Counted from the first letter of the stretch, positions 40,288 to 51,047 are shown. The stretch is DNA of 55,646 nucleotides from Patescibacteria group bacterium (GCA_038063015.1 JBBTVX010000002.1:1-55646); one strand, 5' to 3'. Notes: a model not told the origin generated them from the sequence alone. Made by a program: numbers and translations.

Positions 40288-40680
40288 TTATTCTTCTTTA
40301 ATAGTAAATTTTGGAATAAGAATGCTTAAAAGCCAAACAATAATAGTTGTCCAGAAAAGAGGCCAAAGCCAGGGTATGGTTATTTCTTTAAACATAAAAT
40401 CTAAAATCCAGAGCATTGCCATATTTATTATTATACTGAAAAGTCCGAGAGTAATTATTCGCAGGGGCAGGGTAATGGTATTTATAATAGGTTTTACAAA
40501 AAAATTAAGCAAGCCCAGGGAAATTCCTAAAAGCAAAATTATTTGCCACTGTAAAGTTAAGGGAAGGCCAAAAAAGTTTGAATCAGAAAACAGGTTGATT
40601 TTAGTTCCCGGAACAAACAATACCGATAGCCAAATTCCCAAGACGGCGATTATAATCTGCAAGAGAGCTTTTTTCATCAA
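40288..40680 (-). CDS. Phage-holin-like 4TM membrane protein (YvlD/DUF360 family)
   Basis: LGLLNFFVKPI..ITLPLRIITLGLF..IIN. Confidence 0.85.
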   Translation of the reverse strand: MMKKALLQIIIAVLGIWLSVLFVPGTKINLFSDSNFFGLPLTLQWQIILLLGISLGLLNFFVKPIINTITLPLRIITLGLFSIIINMAMLWILDFMFKEITIPWLWPLFWTTIIVWLLSILIPKFTIKEE

Positions 40681-40718
40681 ATATATAATACCAAATTAAC
40701 AATTTATATTCAAGGCCA

Positions 40719-40747
40719 TTGACAAAAAAACCTAATTAGAATAGATT
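40719..40747 (+). promoter_or_regulatory. Putative groESL promoter
   Basis: TTGACA-17 nt-TAGATT. Confidence 0.55.
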
Positions 40748-40792
40748 ATATTATTAGTAAATTTTATTTGAATTATTAAGTAAATAAATAAT

Positions 40793-41083
40793 ATGAATAT
40801 AAAACCATTGTCAGACCATATTTTAATAGAGCCCATTAAGGGCGAAGAAAAAACGAGTGGAGGCATTTTTTTGCCCGAAACCGCTGAAAAAGAAAAATCG
40901 GAACAGGGAAAAGTTATTGCCATAGGAGATGGCAAAAAAACAGACGATGGAAAAATAATTCCTCTTTCGGTAAGGCCGGGGGACAGGGTTTTGTTTTCAA
41001 AATACGGACCAAGCGAAGTAAAAATTGATAATAAAGAATATTTAATCGCCACAGAAAGCGACATTTTGGCAATTATTGAGTAA
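40793..41083 (+). CDS. groES: Co-chaperonin GroES
   Basis: IKPLSDHILIE...TSGGIFLP...GDRVLFSKYG...DILA. Confidence 0.98.
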   Translation: MNIKPLSDHILIEPIKGEEKTSGGIFLPETAEKEKSEQGKVIAIGDGKKTDDGKIIPLSVRPGDRVLFSKYGPSEVKIDNKEYLIATESDILAIIE

Positions 41084-41188
41084 TTTCGCTCGGCAATCAA
41101 ATTCTTCTCGGCAAAGGGATTTTGCCCCGCTTTGGCGGGGCAAGCCTGCCCCTGCACTCGAAAAATTTATTGTCTCGCTTATTATTAA

Positions 41189-42823
<1,635 letters not shown>

Positions 42824-42836
42824 TAAATAAAAGATT

Positions 42837-42874
42837 AAAAAAATTACAGATCTCCGAGGTCTGTAATTTTTTTT
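42837..42874. terminator. groEL terminator (A-run/T-run flanked)
   Basis: AAAAAAATTACAGATCT-CCG-AGGTCTGTAATTTTTTTT. Confidence 0.75.
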
Positions 42875-42917
42875 GCGATATGAATTTACTTTATTTATAT
42901 TTTGCTGTTTTGCATTC

Positions 42918-42949
42918 ACTATTATTTTACACGATCGTACACATTAGTA
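42918..42949. repeat. Palindromic direct repeat B1 downstream of the second PaaX-like gene
   Basis: ACTATTATTTTACACGATCGTACACATTAGTA, 27/32 identical to 43551-43582; core ACGATCGT. Confidence 0.78.
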
Positions 42950-42964
42950 TAAATTAGAATTTAA

Positions 42965-43531
42965 TTAGAGCTCGAAAAGTTTCTTGATGTTTTTGTCGTC
43001 TTCAATTCTGTTTATTTCCAAAAATTTTATATCTCCGCCAAAATCCATTTTCCAGAGTTTCAACAAGATAAATAGCTCCTTTTTTATGTTAAGAGGGGTG
43101 ATCCAAATACTTTTTTGGAGCTCCTTAAAACCCATCCACTTAAGCTCTTTCCTTAAGAAATCCCTGCTTCTTCTGTTTATCTCCGGAATGTCAAAGATAA
43201 TTGCTCGCCATTTTTTGTCCCACTTTTCATCAGCAAATTTTTCTTTTATTATATTTTTTATAATTTTTATTCTACCTTTTTCAGTCAAATAAATTTTGCC
43301 GTTTTTTCGCTCAAAGGATGAAACTTTATCCAAATTATCGGACCATCTTGTGATTAAAGAGGTGATAAAAGGATATCTCACATAAAAGCCAGCGTTTTTT
43401 ATCATTTTGTCTGGATCTATTATTAAATCTATACCTCCCAAAATTAGGTTTTTGGAAGTTTCTTTTAAATAGTCCAAAATGATTTTTGTGGGGAAATTTA
43501 ATTTTTTTGATTTATTGTTTTTTTCTTTCAT
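42965..43531 (-). CDS. PaaX-like protein (Cas2-like central domain)
   Basis: YLTEKG...KWDKKWRAIIFDIPE..R..RDFLRKELKWMGFKELQKSIW. Confidence 0.82.
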   Translation of the reverse strand: MKEKNNKSKKLNFPTKIILDYLKETSKNLILGGIDLIIDPDKMIKNAGFYVRYPFITSLITRWSDNLDKVSSFERKNGKIYLTEKGRIKIIKNIIKEKFADEKWDKKWRAIIFDIPEINRRSRDFLRKELKWMGFKELQKSIWITPLNIKKELFILLKLWKMDFGGDIKFLEINRIEDDKNIKKLFEL

Positions 43532-43550
43532 ATTTTTCTTTTAGTCTATT

Positions 43551-43582
43551 ACTATTATATCACACGATCGTGCATATTGGTA
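43551..43582. repeat. Palindromic direct repeat B2 upstream of the second PaaX-like gene
   Basis: ACTATTATATCACACGATCGTGCATATTGGTA; core CACGATCGTG. Confidence 0.78.
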
Positions 43583-43719
43583 GATTAAATTTGTATTTTT
43601 TGGAAAGTCTTGTATTTATAACACAAGGCTTGCAGATTTTTTTATTGCATGGTAATCTTTGAATATTGCGGTATTCCACATTGTTTCTTTGACAATTTTT
43701 AAAGAAAGGGATGATTGCA

Positions 43720-43968
43720 ATGGCAAAAGAAATGGGAGATTTGTTGCAGCGCGCCTTAAGGCACCGATATCACGCCGATTATACAACCTTTGTCTTTGAG
43801 CCATCGTTTGTTCGATTTGGAAGAATGAGAATTAGAAGTGTCGAACAGGGCTTAAAAGAAATTTATGAAAGCCTTCTGCGAATAAGGAGGCTTGCCGAAG
43901 AAACAAATAACCAAGAGTTGCTTTCAATTTTAAACGAGCAAGAAGAAATACTTCTAGTACACGACTGA
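43720..43968 (+). CDS. Hypothetical protein
   Basis: Short ORF preceded by purine-rich AAAGGGA; no recognisable motif. Confidence 0.5.
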   Translation: MAKEMGDLLQRALRHRYHADYTTFVFEPSFVRFGRMRIRSVEQGLKEIYESLLRIRRLAEETNNQELLSILNEQEEILLVHD

Positions 43969-43982
43969 AAGGAGAACAATCG

Positions 43983-44390
43983 ATGACTACCCTCGAAGAA
44001 ATCAGAAAAGTTGCGCGGACAGTTTATCCGAGCTTCTTGCATAAAGGATGCTTCGACCTTACGCCGCCTGTAAGGCTTATTTCTGGCGATATAGTGGTTG
44101 GCTGCTATATGATAAACCCGATCGGACAAACAGTACGCGTTGTAGGAAAATCCGGATTCGGTTACTGGGTTGATCCAACACATTTTGAAATTTCTGATGA
44201 CCAAAAAAAATTGGCAGAGATTCCAGAGGAAACCTGGATTGAATTGGAAGAGCTTTTGAACCAGGTTGCCAACGAGCGCGAAGAGGATTCTGATGGTCCG
44301 GGTTCTATGCCAACTAACAATGCAAGAAAAGCCAGATTTATGTTGGACAAGCTTTGGATGGAGCGGCGCAAGCCAGGCAATATTCTTTAA
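43983..44390 (+). CDS. Hypothetical protein
   Basis: 135-aa ORF preceded by an AAGGAG Shine-Dalgarno-like sequence. Confidence 0.6.
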   Translation: MTTLEEIRKVARTVYPSFLHKGCFDLTPPVRLISGDIVVGCYMINPIGQTVRVVGKSGFGYWVDPTHFEISDDQKKLAEIPEETWIELEELLNQVANEREEDSDGPGSMPTNNARKARFMLDKLWMERRKPGNIL

Positions 44391-44521
44391 ACGTTTAACG
44401 TTGGAATTTAAAGCCCGTGATAACCTCGCGGGCATTTGTTTAGATTTTACGGAGCCAGCTTGCGTAAAAACAAACTTTTAGGTAAAATAAAAATGAAATA
44501 ATAAAATTAATTTTTAAGTTT

Positions 44522-45052
44522 ATGGATTGCCCAAATAATCACGGAAAATTAGAAAAGGTTTTATTCCACAATGTTGAAGTTGATTACTGCACCGAGTGCC
44601 TTGGTATTTGGTTTGATAATGATGAATTGCGCCTTGCAAAAGACGAAAAAGACAAGCAGTTAAACTGGATGGATGTTGATTTGTGGAGAGACAAGGCAAA
44701 GTTTAAAATTTCAGAGAGCTTTAGGCGATGTCCGAGTTGCAGGGTTGCTCTTTGCGAAGTTGGGTATGACGAAGCAAAAACAAAAATTGATTTTTGCAAA
44801 ATGTGCCAGGGAATTTGGCTGGACCGCGGAGAGTTTAAGCAGATAATCATTTACTTGAAAAGAAAGGCCGATTATGAAATTTTAAACCACTATACAAAAA
44901 ATATTAGCAAGGAGCTTTGGGAGGTTTTTTCAGGGCCGGAAAAATTTAGGGAAGAGCTTTCGGATTTTTTTATGCTTTTAAAGCTTTTTAATTATAAATT
45001 TGTTGTCCAGCATCCGTTTTTAACTTCTCTAATTGAGAATATGCAAAAATAA
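44522..45052 (+). CDS. zf-TFIIB-like double zinc-ribbon protein
   Basis: Two repeats of CP.....DYC..C.GIW.D..E. Confidence 0.85.
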   Translation: MDCPNNHGKLEKVLFHNVEVDYCTECLGIWFDNDELRLAKDEKDKQLNWMDVDLWRDKAKFKISESFRRCPSCRVALCEVGYDEAKTKIDFCKMCQGIWLDRGEFKQIIIYLKRKADYEILNHYTKNISKELWEVFSGPEKFREELSDFFMLLKLFNYKFVVQHPFLTSLIENMQK

Positions 45053-45130
45053 TTAAACCTACTAATCAATCGCGAATTAAATTCGCGAATATTCGCGAAT
45101 AAATTAGAGATTGATTGGAGAAAAAAAACA

Positions 45131-45685
45131 ATGGAAATATTAACAATTATTGTTTTAGCTGTTATAGCCGCGGTTGTTTTGTGGTTAATCGCAACCTATA
45201 ACAGTTTAGTTAAGTTTCGTCTTAGGACAAAAGAAGCCTGGGCGGACATTGATGTTCAATTAAAAAGAAGGTATGATTTAATTCCCAATTTAGTTGAAAC
45301 AGTTAAGGGGTACGCAACTCACGAAAGAGAATTATTTGAAAAAGTCACAAAGGCAAGGGCAAGCGCAATGTCAGCTCAAGGAATAAAAGAAAAAGCCGGA
45401 GCGGAAAATATGCTTTCAGACACTTTGAAAAGTTTGTTTGCCGTTGCGGAAAATTATCCGGATTTAAAAGCATCGGTAAATTTTTTAGAACTTCAAAGAG
45501 AGCTTTCCGATACCGAAAACAAAATTCAGGCGGCTCGCAGGTTTTATAATACCAATGTCAGAGACCTTAATATTAAAATTGAAAGTTTCCCGACAAATAC
45601 AATAGCTGGAATGTTCGGTTTTAAACAAATGGAAATGTTTGAGGCAGTAGGCGCCGAAAAAGAAGCGGTGTCCGTAAAGTTTTAA
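45131..45685 (+). CDS. lemA: LemA family protein
   Basis: N-terminal TM, AWADIDVQLKRRYDLIPNLVETVKGY, ENYPDLKA, ARRFYN. Confidence 0.96.
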   Translation: MEILTIIVLAVIAAVVLWLIATYNSLVKFRLRTKEAWADIDVQLKRRYDLIPNLVETVKGYATHERELFEKVTKARASAMSAQGIKEKAGAENMLSDTLKSLFAVAENYPDLKASVNFLELQRELSDTENKIQAARRFYNTNVRDLNIKIESFPTNTIAGMFGFKQMEMFEAVGAEKEAVSVKF

Positions 45686-45728
45686 ATTGGCCAGCCCGAA
45701 CAAAAAAATATTTCATTTTCGCCCAATT

Positions 45729-46634
45729 ATGGCATCAATTTATACTCACGCCGATTCAAATATGCGTAAGACATGGATTTTAATGTCCGGGTTTTTTGTG
45801 TTTATAATTTTAATCGGCTGGCTTTTCAGCTATATTTTGGAAGACCAGGTAATTTTGTTTATAGCCGCAATTTTCAGCATTTTAACGAGCTTTGGCAGTT
45901 ATTGGTATTCAGATAAAATTGTTTTGGCGATGACAAGAGCCGTTCCCTTAGAGCACAATAAAAATCCGGAAATTTATCATATAATAGAGAATTTGTGCAT
46001 TACAGCCGGTTTGCCTTTGCCCAAAATTTATATTATTCCGGAAAATCAGCCCAATGCTTTTGCAACCGGCCGCGACGCCAAACACGCGGTTGTTGCCATC
46101 ACCGAAGGGCTTGTAAAAAAATTGGATAAAACAGAATTGGAAGGAGTTATTGCCCACGAACTTTCGCACATAGGAAACAAAGATATGCTATTGGCAACAG
46201 TAGTTGCGATTTTAGCCGGAGTTATAGTAATTATTTCTGATATGTTTTTAAGAGTCAGCTTCTGGGGCGGAGGAAGGGGAAGAAGAGATTCAGACAACAA
46301 AGCAGGGGCATTATTAGCTATTTTGGGAATTGTTGCCGCAATTTTAGCTCCGATTGCCGCTACTTTAATTCAGTTGGCGATTTCCAGAAAAAGAGAATTT
46401 TTAGCTGATGCCGACGGCGCTCTTTTGACCAGGTATCCTGAAGGCCTGGCATCGGCTTTGGAAAAAATTTCAGCTGATTCAACGCCAATGAGAATAACAA
46501 ACAATGCTACAAGTTCTCTTTATATTACTTCGCCATTTAAAGGGAAACAAACAACGAATTGGTTTGTGAAATTATTTATGACGCATCCGCCGGTGGAAGA
46601 CCGAATCCGCGCCTTGCGCGGCATGGACGTTTAG
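45729..46634 (+). CDS. htpX: Zinc metalloprotease HtpX (M48)
   Basis: PNAFATG, AHELSH, SRKREFLAD, THPP; likely start ATG 45729. Confidence 0.96.
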   Translation: MASIYTHADSNMRKTWILMSGFFVFIILIGWLFSYILEDQVILFIAAIFSILTSFGSYWYSDKIVLAMTRAVPLEHNKNPEIYHIIENLCITAGLPLPKIYIIPENQPNAFATGRDAKHAVVAITEGLVKKLDKTELEGVIAHELSHIGNKDMLLATVVAILAGVIVIISDMFLRVSFWGGGRGRRDSDNKAGALLAILGIVAAILAPIAATLIQLAISRKREFLADADGALLTRYPEGLASALEKISADSTPMRITNNATSSLYITSPFKGKQTTNWFVKLFMTHPPVEDRIRALRGMDV

Positions 46635-46675
46635 TTTATATCTTGACACAAATTTATAGAGTGATAAGATTAAGC

Positions 46676-46695
46676 TGTAATACAATGTAATACAA
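46676..46695. promoter_or_regulatory. Putative antitoxin operator: tandem TGTAATACAA x2 downstream of TTGACA-16-TAAGAT
   Basis: Two adjacent near-palindromic copies immediately before the RHH gene start. Confidence 0.6.
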
Positions 46696-46699
46696 AAAT

Positions 46700-46918
46700 A
46701 TGAGAAAAGTTATAAATATATCATTATCTGAAAAATTGGCTGTTGAACTGGAGAAAACAGTTAAAAAGGGCAAGTATTCCAGCAAGAGCGAATTTTTGCG
46801 CGAGCTTATTCGCGAAAGACTTGAAGAGAGCGATTTGCTTTCACAAATTAAAAAAAGCGAAGCTGAATTTAGAGCGGGAAAAGGCAAGTTATTAAGGTCG
46901 CTCGCAGATTTGGATTAG
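46700..46918 (+). CDS. Ribbon-helix-helix antitoxin
   Basis: VINISLS...YSSKSEFLRELIR...SLADL; upstream of a RelE-like toxin. Confidence 0.85.
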   Translation: MRKVINISLSEKLAVELEKTVKKGKYSSKSEFLRELIRERLEESDLLSQIKKSEAEFRAGKGKLLRSLADLD

Positions 46919-46927
46919 ACTTTATTT

Positions 46928-47191
46928 ATGAAAATTTTTTATTCTTCTGAGTTTTCCCGCAGATACAAACGGCTCCCGGAAAGGATTAAAGATTTGGCGA
47001 AGGAGAAGGAGAAAATTTTTCGCGAAGACCCTTTTGACCAGAGGTTGAAAACTTATAAATTAAAAGGAAGATACAGTAATTTTTGGGCGTTTTCCGTTGA
47101 TTTTGGATATAGGATAATTTTTAAGTTTCATGGCGACAATGCAGTTAGATTTTATGCGGTTGGCGACCATTCAATTTACAAAAATTTTTAA
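46928..47191 (+). CDS. RelE/YafQ-family mRNA interferase toxin
   Basis: YSSEFSRRYKRL...DPF..LKTYKLKG...YRIIF...VGDH. Confidence 0.88.
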   Translation: MKIFYSSEFSRRYKRLPERIKDLAKEKEKIFREDPFDQRLKTYKLKGRYSNFWAFSVDFGYRIIFKFHGDNAVRFYAVGDHSIYKNF

Positions 47192-47207
47192 AAATTATTG
47201 AATCAAA

Positions 47208-47552
47208 ATGAAAATTATTAAGGATAAAATTGAAATTGCAGAGTTAAAAGAAATGGCAAAAAGAATGTATGAGAACTTAGTCAAAGCGGTTGTAGATACA
47301 GAAAAAGAAATTTTGGCAGTTGATGCGGAATTTCATGTGGATTTAGAGCAGCTTTTAATTGAAAAAGAAAATTGTGAACCGAAAAACCTTTGGGGAATAA
47401 ATATATGGCCGGAGAAATTAGGGGATAATTTTGTTGAATTCGATTCTATGATAAATTTAAAGCCGGGATTAGGCAATAGAAGCAGGGGGGTTGAAAGGGA
47501 AGAAATAAGAAATAAAATAATTGCGGTTGTAAATAAATTCGTAAAAAAATGA
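47208..47552 (+). CDS. Conserved hypothetical protein (DUF5674-like)
   Basis: VKAVVD...HVDLE..L...NLWGINI...EFDSMINLKP..NRSR. Confidence 0.7.
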   Translation: MKIIKDKIEIAELKEMAKRMYENLVKAVVDTEKEILAVDAEFHVDLEQLLIEKENCEPKNLWGINIWPEKLGDNFVEFDSMINLKPGLGNRSRGVEREEIRNKIIAVVNKFVKK

Positions 47553-47872
47553 TTTTAACTGAACAATTTAAAGAAAGGTGGCTTAAATTTTCGCTTGTCG
47601 AGCAAATGGCAAACATTGGCGCCGAAATTGGCAGGGCCATAAATTGGCGCGAAAAAGAGGAAAAGGAAAGCGGTGTATTTTTTGAAAGGGGTCTTGAGTT
47701 GCTTGACTTAACAATTGATGACCCTAAAAATAAAAAACGATTAAAGGAACTTTTAAGGCTGCGAGAAATGTTGGTTGATTATTTCTGTTTTGACAATATC
47801 TACAGTTCGTCAGACGAAAAATGGAATAATTATTTTTATGCATTTAACTACGCCGCCAGATTAGGAAAATGA
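47549..47872 (+). CDS. Conserved hypothetical protein coupled to the upstream gene
   Basis: ATGA overlap; helical motif EQMANIGAEIGRA...ERGLELLDLT...ELLRLRE. Confidence 0.7.
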   Translation: MILTEQFKERWLKFSLVEQMANIGAEIGRAINWREKEEKESGVFFERGLELLDLTIDDPKNKKRLKELLRLREMLVDYFCFDNIYSSSDEKWNNYFYAFNYAARLGK

Positions 47873-47877
47873 AATTT

Positions 47878-47961
47878 GGAGGAGTCGCATAGCGGCCATT
47901 GCAACGGCTTGGAAAGCCGTGACCCGCAAGGGTCTCGTGGGTTCGAGTCCCACCTCCTCCG
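47878..47961 (+). tRNA. tRNA-Ser(GGA)
   Basis: GGAGGAG/CTCCTCC acceptor stem, ACGGC-TT-GGA-AA-GCCGT, long variable arm, GTTCGAGTCC. Confidence 0.95.
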
Positions 47962-48036
47962 CAGACATATTTTCTATCGAGGGAGCGACTCAGCTGAGGG
48001 GGCTGAGCGACCGAGTCAGCGACCGATTAACCTAAA

Positions 48037-48510
48037 ATGAAATATAAATTTCCATATCAAGAACAGTATAATCGTATATCTCGATTAAGGGACGAATTAA
48101 ATCTTTATACTGTTGCTACAGATAAAAATTTTGAAATTGCGTTAGACAAATTTACATCTTTTTTTATTCAGTGTTATCATTTACGAGATTGGATTATTAA
48201 CAGCGGATATCTTAAGTCTAAAGTTGATAAATTTGTTAGATCAAACACTTATTTATCTCTCTGCAGAGATTTAGCAAATAACCAAAAACACCAAAAAATA
48301 ACAAAGTATGTTCCAGCAAATTTTGTAGATTTTGGAATAGGTATTTCGACTCCGATAAGCAGATATTATGATTATATAAAAAAACAAGCGAGATTTGGTA
48401 TTGATGTGTGGGAATTCAAAGCACCCGTAGATGTTATAGAGGTTGCCGACAGGTGCCTTAAAAGCTGGCAAGATTTTTTATTGAGTTTACAGTTGAACGC
48501 GCCGAATTAA
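48037..48510 (+). CDS. Hypothetical protein (possible HEPN-like fold)
   Basis: FFIQCYHLRDW...CRDLANNQKH; low-GC ORF directly after tRNA-Ser. Confidence 0.6.
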   Translation: MKYKFPYQEQYNRISRLRDELNLYTVATDKNFEIALDKFTSFFIQCYHLRDWIINSGYLKSKVDKFVRSNTYLSLCRDLANNQKHQKITKYVPANFVDFGIGISTPISRYYDYIKKQARFGIDVWEFKAPVDVIEVADRCLKSWQDFLLSLQLNAPN

Positions 48511-48594
48511 GCCAAGCAAAATGGCTTTTATTGTTTATTATGATAAAATTAAGAGCGGGTTAGTCATTGACGCGAGCGAATTATTAAAATAAAT

Positions 48595-49530
48595 ATGGCC
48601 ACAAAACATAAAATTATTATTGGAGATTCGAGAAATATGGCCGAACTCGAAAATGAGTCAGTCCATATTGTAGTTACCTCACCACCTTATTGGCAAATAA
48701 AGGATTATGGAGATAAAAAACAAATTGGCTTTAACGATAGTTATGAAGAATACATAAATAAATTAAATCAAGTTTGGGCAGAATCTTATAGGGTATTAGA
48801 TTCAGGGTGTAGGCTTTGTGTTAACATAGGAGACCAATTCGCTAGGGCCATTACGTATGGCCGATATAAAATTATTCCCATAAGAACTGAAATAATAAAA
48901 TTTTGCGAATCAATTGGTTTTGATTATATGGGCGCTGTTATATGGCAGAAGATGACTACTATGAATACGAGCGGAGGCGCTTCCGTTATGGGCTCATATC
49001 CTTATCCCCGTAATGGGCACATCGCAATCGATTATGAATTTATTCTTTTATTCAAGAAATTAGGACAATCTAAAAATGATATTCCAAAAATAATCAAAGA
49101 AAAATCAAAATTATCCAATGAGGAATGGAGAAAGTATTTTACAGGACATTGGAATTTCGCTGGCGAAAAACAAAATGGCGGACATATCGCAATGTTTCCC
49201 GAAGAATTACCAAAGCGTCTGATAAAAATGTTTAGTTTTGTTGGAGAAAACGTACTTGATCCATTTTTAGGAAGCGGCACAACCTCGAAAGTAGCTCGAG
49301 AATTGGGTAGAAATTCAGTTGGATATGAAATAAATAAAAATTTTCTTTCTATAATAGAAAATAAAATAGGAATAAGAACTGCTAATGATGATTTTTTTGA
49401 AGTTATTTATCAGAATGGTAAAGACAAGGTTTTAAAGGCGCAGAATACAAATAAAAAAAATAGCGCAGTATTAAATAACAGAATCAATGATCCCGATTAC
49501 TGGAAGCAGTTAAAAAATGCTAACGCCTGA
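48595..49530 (+). CDS. DNA amino-methyltransferase, beta class (N4-C/N6-A)
   Basis: Motif IV VTSPPY precedes motif I DPFLGSGTT; HIAMFP. Confidence 0.92.
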   Translation: MATKHKIIIGDSRNMAELENESVHIVVTSPPYWQIKDYGDKKQIGFNDSYEEYINKLNQVWAESYRVLDSGCRLCVNIGDQFARAITYGRYKIIPIRTEIIKFCESIGFDYMGAVIWQKMTTMNTSGGASVMGSYPYPRNGHIAIDYEFILLFKKLGQSKNDIPKIIKEKSKLSNEEWRKYFTGHWNFAGEKQNGGHIAMFPEELPKRLIKMFSFVGENVLDPFLGSGTTSKVARELGRNSVGYEINKNFLSIIENKIGIRTANDDFFEVIYQNGKDKVLKAQNTNKKNSAVLNNRINDPDYWKQLKNANA

Positions 49531-49710
49531 TTTTTTTCATCAGACCGAGATGCTTATTTTTAGAAATCGTTGAATCTTTTGATTTTGTTCTTAAATTTTT
49601 AGTTATAGTCCTATTAAATTACGCCAGTCAGCTCTGGCATTTTAATTAAATCTGATATATAAATATAATCAGTGTATTGCTGAATAATAATTAATTTAAA
49701 AAATAATTTT

Positions 49711-50193
49711 ATGCCTGACCATTGTCATCATCACAATTGCATAGAAGAATTAAAATCAGACCACCAAAATATTTTGGCGCATCTTGATGATTTGGAGACA
49801 ACAATCAATCAGCCGACAATTAGCCACGCAAAAGTGGAAGAATTTTTACACTTTACGGAAGTATTTGCCGAGCCGCACCACCAAAAAGAAGAGCAGGTTT
49901 TATTTCCGGCGTTAGAAAAAAAGGGCATACCAAACGAAGGAGGACCAATCGGCATGATGCTGTTGGAACACGCCGCCAAAAGAGAATATCTTGTCAAAAT
50001 GAGAGAGGCTTTACGGGAAAACAATGAAACCAAGCTCAAAGAAAATACTCAATCTATGATTTCTCTTTTAAGAGAGCATATCTATAAGGAAAATAATATT
50101 TTGTATCCTTGCGCAGAGGATGCGCTTACTCAAGAGGAACTAACCAGTCTTGCTTCTCAATGTGAAAAAATTAAAATTCACCCAGTCAAATAA
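49711..50193 (+). CDS. Hemerythrin/HHE cation-binding domain protein
   Basis: DH...HHQKEEQVLFP...EH...HIYKENNILYP. Confidence 0.9.
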   Translation: MPDHCHHHNCIEELKSDHQNILAHLDDLETTINQPTISHAKVEEFLHFTEVFAEPHHQKEEQVLFPALEKKGIPNEGGPIGMMLLEHAAKREYLVKMREALRENNETKLKENTQSMISLLREHIYKENNILYPCAEDALTQEELTSLASQCEKIKIHPVK

Positions 50194-50285
50194 TTTTGCA
50201 GAGTAAAATTAAATTCCAAAGGAATTTATTTGACCGGGTAAAAAATGAAAGGTCGTATAAATTATTAAAATTACATTAAAAAAAC

Positions 50286-51044
50286 ATGGAAGAAGAAACA
50301 AAAAAAATAGAGTTTTCAAATAGAGTTTTTGCTTTGGCGGCAGTTTTAATTATAGTAATAGCGATATCTTATCTGGGACAAACAATGTATCAATTTAGCA
50401 GTTTGCCTCAAAATTTTCCTCAGGAAATCACAATTACAGGCGAGGGTAAAGTATTTGTAAAGCCAGACATAGTTTTGGTAAATTTGGGAGTGCAAACCGA
50501 AGCTAAAAAAAGCGCAGACGCAGTTAACAAAAATAATGAAAAAATGAATGCAATTATAAAGGCGATAAAGGATTTAGGGGTTGATGAAAAAGACATTAAA
50601 ACATCTACATACAATCTATATCCAATTTATGATTATCCAGAATCGGGCAGAATTTTTGTAGGTTATTCTTTGGACCAGCAAATAAGTGTCAAAATCAGAG
50701 ATTTTGATAAAATTAGCGATATTTTGGATAAGGCGACAGCAGAAGGAACAAATACGATTAGCGATTTACAATTTACTATTGACGATTTAGAGAAAATAAA
50801 GGCAGATGCCAGAGAAAAGGCGATTGAACAGGCAAAAGCAAAGGCTCTTGTTTTAGTCAATCAGGCAGGTTTAAAACTTGTAAAATTAATTAATATTTCC
50901 GAAGGATATGCGTCTTCGCCCGAACCTATGTACGGGAGAGGCGGAGGCATGGATACTTTTGAAAAAGCAACCGTTGCTCCAAATATCCAGCCAGGTCAAT
51001 CAGAAATAAACACAACGGTTTACTTAACTTATCGCGTTCGTTAA
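50286..51044 (+). CDS. SIMPL (DUF541/YggE) domain protein
   Basis: ITITGEGKVFVKPD...DIKTSTYNLYP...AIEQAKAKA...IQPGQ. Confidence 0.9.
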   Translation: MEEETKKIEFSNRVFALAAVLIIVIAISYLGQTMYQFSSLPQNFPQEITITGEGKVFVKPDIVLVNLGVQTEAKKSADAVNKNNEKMNAIIKAIKDLGVDEKDIKTSTYNLYPIYDYPESGRIFVGYSLDQQISVKIRDFDKISDILDKATAEGTNTISDLQFTIDDLEKIKADAREKAIEQAKAKALVLVNQAGLKLVKLINISEGYASSPEPMYGRGGGMDTFEKATVAPNIQPGQSEINTTVYLTYRVR

Positions 51045-51047
51045 TTT

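Noticed and set aside
40288-40680. Prophage, suggested by a holin-family gene
   Set aside because: This 4TM family is commonly chromosomal, and no phage structural, lysis or integrase genes are present.
40753-40780. CIRCE operator before groES
   Set aside because: TTAGTAAAT...ATTATTAA is too far from TTAGCACTC-N9-GAGTGCTAA, and the spacing is off.
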